From: Leucoraja erinacea
Lineage: Eukaryota
Assembly: GCF_028641065.1 (NCBI RefSeq)
Contig: NW_026576298.1
Span: 62,001 to 125,788, forward strand
Direction of reading: 5' to 3'
Length of the DNA: 63,788 nt
Below the pieces are notes generated by a model. The model ran no database searches and had not been told where the DNA came from. It saw only the letters and a program-made list of their open reading frames with translations. Made by a program: the position numbers and the translations under genes. Position 1 is the first letter of the stretch; every line of letters starts with the position of its first letter. Positions 52,669 to 63,788 of the stretch are shown here, one piece after another.

Positions 52669-53764
52669 CACTCTACCGCTAGTGCGGCCTAGCAGTAGAA
52701 CGACTGTTTTACAGCGCCAGAGACCCAGGTTCGATCCCGACTACGACTGTTTTGCCTGTACGCAGTTTGTACATAGAAACATAGAAAATAGGTGCAGGAG
52801 TTGGCCATCCGCCATTCAATAAGATCGTGGCTGATCATCCACAATCAGTACCCCGTTCCTGCCTTCTCTTCATATCCCTTGACTCCATTAGCCCCAAAAT
52901 CCAAACTCTCTCTTGAAAACATCCAGCGAAATCGGCCCCCACTGCCCTCTGTGGCCGAGAATTCCACAGATTCACAACCCCCTGGGTGAAAAAGGTTTTT
53001 CCTCACCTCAGTCCAAAAATGGAGACCCGGGTTTGATCCTGTCTACGGGAGCTGTTCGGTTTCTTCCCCACTCCCTAGATGTACAGGTTTGTAGGTTAAC
53101 TGGCTTGCTAGACAGTACACAATCGACAACAGGTGTAGGAGTAGGCCTACCCCTTATTCTTAATCTGTGTGACCCCTGGTTCTGGACTCCCCCTTCCCCC
53201 CCCCCCCCCCTCTCACCCCCAGCCAACATCAGGAACATTTTTCCTGCCTCTGGCTCTTAAATAAGGCTCTTAAAAATAGCGAAGTCAGGGGATATGGGGA
53301 GAAGGCAGGAACGGGGTACTGATTGGGGATGATCAGCCATGATCACATTGAATGGCGGTGCTGGCTCGAAAGGGCCGAATGGCCTCTACTCCTGCACCTA
53401 TTGTCTGTTGTCGAGCCTGTCCAATCCCTTAAGAATTTTATGTTTCTATAAGAACCCCTCCGACCCACGTGGGTTTTCTCCGAGATCTTCGGTTTCGTTC
53501 CACTCTCCAAAGACGTGCAGGTTTGTAGGTTAATTGGCATTGGTGTATATGCATAAATGTTTTAAAAAAATATTGCCCCATCGTGCGTGAAGGCCCTCTC
53601 TCTAAATTGTCCCCGCTGTTCAGGGTAGAATTAGTGCACGGGTGATCGCTGGTCGGGGCGGACTCGGTGTGTCTCTAAACTGGACTCAAGTCCTGGGACG
53701 GTCGGGCGGCGAGGGCGCAGCTTCCCAAAATGGCGGCGAGGGCACAGCTTCCCAAAATGGCGGC

Positions 53765-53826
53765 TCACATCTGCACGCATCTCCTCGCGGGTTCTCCGTC
53801 GGCGTTTGCTTCTCGACGCACCTTCT
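53765..53826 (-). CDS. ANKDD1-family terminal coding exon (EKVRREANADGEPARRCVQM*)
   Basis: Minus-strand polypyrimidine tract with caacag| acceptor; phase 1 matches the upstream exon; ends in CaaX then TGA. Confidence 0.8.
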
Positions 53827-54439
53827 CTGTTGTATGGGGGGGGAGAAAGCAAATTGAGGGCGGGCGCGGCAACGGAGTTTGCGATAGAACTTCGCTCACG
53901 GCAGGCGGGAGATCGTGCCCGGCGGCAGACATGGAACGCAACAACATACGTGAAACGTGGAACAAAAGTGACGAGCGGCAAGCCCAGGAATAGAAACATA
54001 GACAATAGGTGCAGGAGGAGGCCATTCGGCCCTTCGAGCCAGCACCATGCGCCATTCATTGCGATCACGGCTGATCGTCCCCAATCAATAACCCGTGCCT
54101 GCCTTCTCCCCATATCCCTTCACTCCACCAGCCCCTAGAGCTCTATCTAACTCTCTTTTAAATCCATCCAGTGTTTTGGCCTCCACTGTGGCAGGGAATT
54201 CCACAAATTCTCTGGGTGAAAAAGTTTTCTCACCTCAGTCTTAAATGGCCTCCCCTTTATTCTAAGACTGTGTGTGTGGCCCCTGGTTCTGGACTCGCCC
54301 AACATTGGGAACATTTTTTCCTGCATCTAGCTTGTCCAGTCCTTTTATAATTTTATATGTTTCTATAAGATCCCGTCCCCACCTCATCCTTCTAAACTGC
54401 AGTGAATACAAGCCCAGTCTTTTCAATCTTTCCTCATAT

Positions 54440-55170
54440 AGAAACATAGAAAATAGGTGCAGGAGTAGAGGCCATTCCTGCCCTTCGAGCCTGCACCGCC
54501 ATTCAATATGATCATGGCTGATCACCCAACTCAGTATCCTGTACCTGCCCTCTCTCCATACCCCCTGATCCCTTTCGCCACAAGGGCCACATCTAACTCC
54601 CTCTTAAATATAGCCAATGAACTGTGTGGCCTCAACTACCTTCTGTGGCAGAGAATTCCACAGATTCACCACTCTCATTCTCATCTCGGTCCTAAAGGAT
54701 TTCCCCCTTATCCGTAAACTGTGACCCCTTGTTCTGGACTTCCCCAACATCGGGAACAATCTTCCTGCATCTAGCCTGTCCAACCCCTTAAGAATTTTGT
54801 AAGTTTCCATAAGATCCCCCCTCAATCTTCTAAATTCTAGCGAGTACAAGCCGAGTCTATCCAGTCTTTCTTCATACGAAAGTCCTGCCATCCCAGGAAT
54901 CAGTCTGGTGAACCTTCTCTGCACTCCCTCTATGGCAATAATGTCCTTCCTCAGATTTGGAGACCAAAACTGTACGCAATACTCCAGGTGTGGTCCCACC
55001 AAGACCCTGTACAACTTCAGTAGAACCTCCCTGCTCCTATACTCAAATCCTTTTGCTATGAATGCTAACATACCATTCGCCTTCTTCACTGCCTGCTGCA
55101 CCTGCATGCCTACTTTCAATGACTGGTGTACCATGACACCCAGGTCTCGTTGCATCTCCCCTTTTCCTAA
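54440..55170 (-). mobile_element. CR1 LINE 3' fragment
   Basis: ORF 54604..55176(-), CR1 RT C-terminus. Confidence 0.92.
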
Positions 55171-55191
55171 TAACAAGGATGTCCTTCCTCA

Positions 55192-57640
<2,449 letters not shown>

Positions 57641-58129
57641 GCGCTGTGCTGTTTTTTTTAAATTTATTCATTTTTTCATTCACAAATGCTTGTATTCAGA
57701 AACAATATAAAGCGACAAAACATACACGAGGGTAACGAGATCAAAACCGCCTTCGGGGCAGCTAGTTAAACAGCAGCGTCAATTTTAAAATATAAAGTCA
57801 CACTCATCATTCATACCCTCCCCACCCCCTCATCTCCTCCCCCCCCCCCCCCTGCCGTGGTAACCGCACGCGCACCCCTCGTTGTTCCGCCCGCAGGGGA
57901 CGCACGGGCCCCAGCCGTCAATCGCGCGCCCTGGGCCCGGCGAGGGAGAGCGCGGCATATTGGGCCTAGGCCCAACAGGGTGGCCACACACCCATTCCTC
58001 ACCCCCCCCCCCCCATCGCAACACTATACCGGGTGGCCAAATATCAGGAGCGATAACGAGTGGGGGGTAAAATGCGGGCGAAACTATAAGGGGCAAATGC
58101 CCCCCTCCCAACTTATGCATAGTGTACAG

Positions 58130-58970
58130 GTGGGGCAAAAAAAGTGTGAGGTGCTACATCTGGCAGGACAAATCAAAATCAGGACGTACATGGTAAATGG
58201 TTAGGGAATTGAGGAATGCAAGTTTGAACAGAGGGATCTAGGAGAACTGTGCACAGTTCCCTAAGGTGAATCTCATGTAGAATGGGTGGTGGCAAAGAAA
58301 GCTTTTGGTCCGCTGGCCTTATAAAGTCAGAGCATTGAGTACTTAGAAGTTGGGATGTCAGTTAAAATAGTACAAGGCCAATTTGGAGTATGGGTACAAT
58401 TCTGGTCGCCCTAGTTATAGGAAGGAGTCAACAAAATAGAGAGAGTACAGAGGAGATTTTACTAGAATGTTGATGGGTTTCAGCAACTAGGTACAGAGAA
58501 AGGTTGAACCAAGTTAGGTCTTTCTTTATTCCCTGTGAGCTTTTGAGAGAAGATTATTTTATTGGGGGGAGACTTGATAGAGGTTTTAAAATGATTCATG
58601 AGATTTTTTTTTTTTGAGATTTTAAGACAGAATTTGTCAGGGGATAAGCTTTTAAGCTGCGATTTAGAGTAGGGGAAGATTCAAACAAGGGGACGTGAAT
58701 GGAGAATTGAGGGACAGAAGTTTAGGGGTAACATGAGGGGGAACGTCTTTACTCAGAGAGTGGTAGCTGTGTGGAATGAGCTTCCAGTGGAAGTGGGGAG
58801 GCAGGTTCGATTTTACCATTTAAAAATAAATTGGATAGGCATATGGACGGGAAAGGAGTGGAGGGTTATGGTCTGAGCGCAGGTAGATGGGACTAGGGGA
58901 GAGTAAGTGTTCGGCACGGACTAGAAGGGCCGAATGGCCTGTTTCCGTGCGGTAATTGTTATATGGTTAT
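58130..58970 (+). mobile_element. CR1 LINE fragment (second subfamily; error-rich), related copy at ~60895-61530
   Basis: KCEVLH...RDLG...FFTQRVVAVWNELP-like sequence, with TATGGT tail. Confidence 0.8.
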
Positions 58971-59093
58971 AAACTCACGGACCGCATGTAGACGCGGAAC
59001 AAGGTCTCTTTGAGCTGGCGCTGAGGGAGGGGGGGGGGGGGCGGTCGAGCGGGGGGGGGTAGGGTTGTGGGGGGGTCCGCGCGCTCCCGTTAC

Positions 59094-59195
59094 CGTGGTG
59101 TGCGGCGCGTCTGCGCTCGGCTTTGATGTGACCGTTGTCGGCCAGCGAGGGTGTTTGCCGCGGACGGCCACGTCCAGCGGTGTCCGGCCCCTGCG
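59094..59195 (-). CDS. ANKDD1-family last-ankyrin exon (frameshifted, low-quality sequence)
   Basis: Two frames give GRTPLDVAVRGKH and PSLAD..IKAER, resembling ANKDD1 QGKTAL.VA.R.NH.SLVDMIIKADR; cag acceptor and |gtaacg donor. Confidence 0.6.
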
Positions 59196-59619
59196 CTGGG
59201 GGGGAGGAGACAACATCGTTACGGGGAGAGTCGGGGGTGGGGGGGGAGAGGGGGGGGAGAGAGACGGGGTGGAGGGGAGAGGAGAGTGAGGGGTATTGGG
59301 ACTGGGATGGGGGGAGACAGAGGGGAGAGACTGGAAGGGAACAGGGGATGGGGGGCAGGAACGGGGGTAGGGGTAGGGGGGGGGGGAGTTTGATGGGGAG
59401 GGAGGTGTGGAACTCTGAGGTCCTCAGGAAGGGTACTGGTGGTGAGATGGGGATCGGTGTGTGGGTTGGCCCGATCATTAGCAGCATGCCTGCATCTTCT
59501 GGTCCTGTATGGTGTAGGTTTGCATCGCTGGCCTTCATTAGCATGCTCGACGTATGCCAACACTTGCCGCATCTCTGCTGCAGGTTGTTGGGCAAAGCGG
59601 CTGCTCTCATAAAACTTTT

Positions 59620-60660
59620 CTGCTCTCGAAACACAGGCCTCAACACACAGGCCTAAATGCTACAGGCCCCAAAAACTGCAGGCCTCAAAATAACAGGCCC
59701 CATCATAGGTCACAACACACAGGTCGGCAAAACACAGGCTCCAAATTGCAGGCCTCAAAACACAGGCCCGAAATTCTAATCTCTGAAACTCCAGGCCCAA
59801 AATTTGAAGTCTTTTGTTGTCCCCTCCTAACACAGGGGCTTCGCTTCCCCTCTTGCTTAAATTCTCTACAGCCCCAAAATAAGCAGGCCCAGCCGGTGCC
59901 TCTACAGGACCAAAAAACATAATCTTGAAAACCTTCTGCCCCAAAAATTCAGACCTCAACACACTCATCCGTTCTGCCCAAAACGCATGCCTCAAAACAA
60001 ACATCCTTCATCTATGCTGGTCCACAAAAACACTTTCAGGTCGCAAAACACCGGCCCCAAAAATAAAGGACCGAGACATTAGGACCCAAACACAATTAGT
60101 AGACAAAAACACAGGCCTCATTAATGAGGACATAAAACACAGGCCTCATACATAGGCCTCAAAACACAGCCATCAACACACTCTGCCACAAAACACACAG
60201 ACCATATACAAAACCCCAATTTCACAGGCTGAAAAACACAGGTATCAACACTAAGGCCTCAAAACACAGACCCGGTATACTATATCCACAATACACAGCT
60301 ACTGACAAATAACATCACAGGCCTCAAACACACAGGACTCAAAACAGATTGCCTTCTTTAGGTACAAAGCACAGTCCAAACACTACGGCCCCAGCAAAAC
60401 ACACAGTCCTCAAAATACAGGACCCAAACACACATGACCACAAATTGTTAAGGCCTAATCATTTAGGACCCCAAAACACGTGACAATTTTTTAAATTTTT
60501 TTATGCCCATACAGAGGTCCCCAAAACACACTGAACACAAAATCACAGGCATTTCATTTACTTTAGGACCCAAAACAAAATGACACAGAATCACAGGGCC
60601 TCATTTTTAGGCCACAAAACACCAAGGCCCATTATAGGCCACAAAACAAAGGTCACAAAA
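59620..60660. repeat. degenerate ~14-bp minisatellite (AAAACACAGGCCTC)
   Basis: Recurrent AAAACACAGGCC(T/C)C units. Confidence 0.8.
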
Positions 60661-61559
60661 TACAAGGGTTTTTTGACACGTTGGTTTAGAAACTGTTGCC
60701 TATTTCCTTCGCCTCCATAGATGCTGCTTGAAACCCGCTGAGTTTCTCCAGCAATTTTTTGTACCTTTATTTTCTTTAGTGTTTAGGTACTGGTGATTAG
60801 TGTGTGTGCGTAAATAGTACAGTTGGTCATTCACAGTCTCTCAGTGTTGGGCATCGCTGTTTACTATTACTCCAAGTATAGGCCTCAAATGTCATATTGA
60901 GTATAGAAGTGGGATGTAATGTTAAAATTGTACAAGGCGTGGTGAGGCCAATTCTGGAGTATGGTGTGCAATTTTGGTCACCTAATTATAGGAAGGATGT
61001 CAACAAAATAGAGAGAGTACAGGAGGAGATTTACTAGAATGTTGTCCTGGGTTCAGCAACTAAGTTACAGAGAAAGGTTGAACAAGTTAGGGCTTTATTC
61101 TTTGGAGCGCAGAAGGTTACGGGGGGACTTGATAGAGGTTTTTAAAATGATGAGAGGGATAGACAGAAGTGGCGGTGGAAAAAGCTTTTACCACTGAGCG
61201 TGAGGGAAGATTCAATGCAAGGGGACGGACCTGAGAATAAGGATCTGGAAGTTTAGGGGTAACACAGAGGGGGTGTTGGACTTCTTTACTCAGAGAGTGG
61301 TAGCTGTGTGGAATGAGCTTCCAGTGAAGGTGGTGGAGGCAGGTTCGTTTTTATCATTTAAAAATAAATTGGATAGTTATATGGATGGGAAGGGAATGGA
61401 GGGTTATGGTCTGAGCGCAGGTATATGGGGGAAAGGGGATTGAGAATATGTGTTCGGGCCCGGACTAAGAAGGGTCGAGATGGACTGGTTCCGTGCTGGT
61501 CAAAATTGGTATTGGTTATGGTTATAGATGTGACGTATTTCCTCGTCGCAAGGATTATT

Positions 61560-62140
61560 CTAGTTTTGATCTCCAAATCTGAGGAAGGAAACTTATTGCC
61601 ATGAGCGGAGTGCCGAGGACGGTTAAACAGACTGATCTCATGGGATGTCAGGACTGTCTTATGAAGAAAGCCTGGATAGAGCAGGTTTCTCCTCTAGAAT
61701 TTGGAAGAATGAGAGGGGATGTTATAGAAACTTACACAATTTTTAAGGGATTGGGCAGGTTAGATGCAGGAAGATTGTTTCCGATGTTAGGGAAGTCCAG
61801 GACAAGGGGTCACAGCTTAAGGATAAGGGGGAAATCCTTTAAAACTGAGATGGGAAGAACTTTTTTCACACAGAGAGTGAGTGAATCTTGGAAACTCTCT
61901 GCCACAGCGTAGGTGAGGGGGGGGGGGGGGTGAGGGCCAGAGTTCATGGGTATATTTAAGAGGCGAGTTAGATGTGGCCCCTTGTGGCTAGGGGAGTCAG
62001 GGGGTATGGAGAGAAGGCAGGTACGGGATACTGAGTTGGATGATCAGCCATGATCATATTGAATGGCGAATGATGCAGGCTCGAAGGGCCGAATGGCCTA
62101 CTCCTGCACCTAATTCTATGTTTCTATGTTTCTATGTTGG
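61560..62140 (+). mobile_element. CR1 LINE 3' fragment (error-rich)
   Basis: ORF 61601..61912, with TTCTATGT tail. Confidence 0.8.
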
Positions 62141-62723
62141 ATGTATCATCTAGTTCCTTTAAAATCAGGGGTTGCCTCGCTGAGTTTGTCAAAGTGTGCG
62201 TTCCTTGTTTTGTGACAGTTATTGCATTTCTCTCTGTGTCAATAACTCACTTCCCTGACCAGTCCAACCTGTCTTATCTGGGAAATAAACCTTGAGCAGT
62301 CAATTTCCGATTTGCATTTACTAAAAGCGCGCTTTGCACAAACGTTACCGCCCAGAGGAGAGGAGCCAAGAATCATCGTGCGTCAGGTCACGGCGGCGCA
62401 GCGGGTGGAGCTGCTGCCTCACAGCGCCAGAGACCCGGCTTCGAACCTGACCTCGGGCGGGTGCTGTCTGTACGGAGTTTGCACGTTCTCCCCGTGANNN
62501 NNNNNNNNNNNNNNNNNNNNNNNNNNNNNNNNNNNNNNNNNNNNNNNNNNNNNNNNNNNNNNNNNNNNNNNNNNNNNNNNNNNNNNNNNNNNNNNNNNNN
62601 NNNNNNNNNNNNNNNNNNNNNNNNNNNNNNNNNNNNNNNNNNNNNNNNNNNNNNNNNNNNNNNNNNNNNNNNNNNNNNNNNNNNNNNNNNNNNNNNNNNN
62701 NNNNNNNNNNNNNNNNNNNNNNN

Positions 62724-63135
62724 TACACACACATAGACACATTCACACACACACACACACACACACACAAAGACACATTCACTCACACACACACACATAG
62801 AAACAGAACACATTGCACACACACACACTCAAAGACATACACACACACTTACATTCACACACACCGCACACGCACACACACACAAATATCGCACACATTC
62901 ACCCCCACACAGAAAGACACACTCAAAGACATTCACTCACACACATAGAAACAGACACACATGCACACACACACACTCAAAGCCAGACACACACACATTT
63001 ACATTCACACACAGACACGCACACACACACAAATATTCACACATTCACACCCACAGAAAGACACACACTCAAAGACAGACAGACACACACACACACATTC
63101 ACACACACAGATATTCACACTCACACACACGGAAA

Positions 63136-63168
<33 letters not shown>

Positions 63169-63615
63169 TCACAGATACACACACACTCAAAGACAGGCAC
63201 ACACACACATTCACAGCCACACACTGATATTCTCACACACTCACACACAGATACACACAAACAAAAACACATATACATACGCACACACACACATAAACAC
63301 ACACATACTGTCACAGGCATCCAAGCACACACAGATATTTACACACATTCATACAGAGACACACACGCACACACACACATAGGTCCACAAGAANNNNNNN
63401 NNNNNNNNNNNNNNNNNNNNNNNNNNNNNNNNNNNNNNNNNNNNNNNNNNNNNNNNNNNNNNNNNNNNNNNNNNNNNNNNNNNNNNNNNNNNNNNNNNNN
63501 NNNNNNNNNNNNNNNNNNNNNNNNNNNNNNNNNNNNNNNNNNNNNNNNNNNNNNNNNNNNNNCACAGATGCATAGACACACAGAAACACTCACACACACA
63601 TACATATACACACAC
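62724..63615. repeat. (CA)n-rich compound microsatellite between assembly gaps
   Basis: Imperfect CA repeats; N runs at 62498-62723 and 63394-63562. Confidence 0.95.
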
Positions 63616-63666
63616 AAGCCCGGACGAGACAAACACCACCCCCACACGTATCGCAGAGCAACATAC

Positions 63667-63759
63667 GTGATCACAGATGTTGACGTCACATGTGGCGGAG
63701 ATCAGACACTGGACCAGCGTGGGGCTGTTGTGTTTCACCGCGAGATGGAGGCAGGGATC
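63667..63759 (-). CDS. ANKDD1-family ankyrin-repeat exon (DPCLHLAVKHNSPTLVQCLISATCDVNICDH)
   Basis: tgacag| acceptor and |gtatgt donor, phase 0. Ankyrin consensus LHLAV..N...LV..LI....DVN..D; resembles ANKDD1A PLHLAVRHNFPALVRLLI.SDSDVNA.D. Confidence 0.8.
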
Positions 63760-63788
63760 CTGTCAGCAAACGCACACTGTTACTGTTT

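Noticed and set aside
62345-63600. His/Thr and Cys/Val ORFs
   Set aside because: Translations of (CA)n microsatellite and gaps.

Overview
Repeat-dense vertebrate genomic DNA. The HE1/V-SINE-like, CR1/HER1-like and Penelope repeats suggest a cartilaginous fish, probably a skate or ray (inference). Three genes are supported. (1) A complete 7-exon ANP32E on + (2803-20644, 259 aa), with a CpG promoter carrying 7 CCAAT boxes and a CDE/CHR element. (2) An unrecognised gene on + with a ZNF143/RFX-type promoter (~28.6-28.8 kb), a signal-peptide exon, candidate micro-exons and a ~7.3-kb terminal exon (43771-51075). It would encode a ~2,490-aa secreted, low-complexity protein with a 12-aa GPQQY repeat, a duplicated 40-aa helical module and furin-type sites. 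Three 1-nt frameshifts look like assembly errors. (3) The 3' half of an ANKDD1-family gene (ankyrin + death domain, C-terminal CaaX) on the - strand, running off the window end. Its position near ANP32E suggests a third ANKDD1 ohnologue. Introns are filled with CR1, V-SINE, Rex1/Babar, Tx1 and Penelope fragments, the last carrying minimal hammerhead-ribozyme-like motifs. There is also a Harbinger-type MITE, a non-autonomous Helitron, several mini/satellites, YY1-motif arrays, assembly gaps and stretches of low-quality consensus. All alignments to known proteins are from recall, not database searches.
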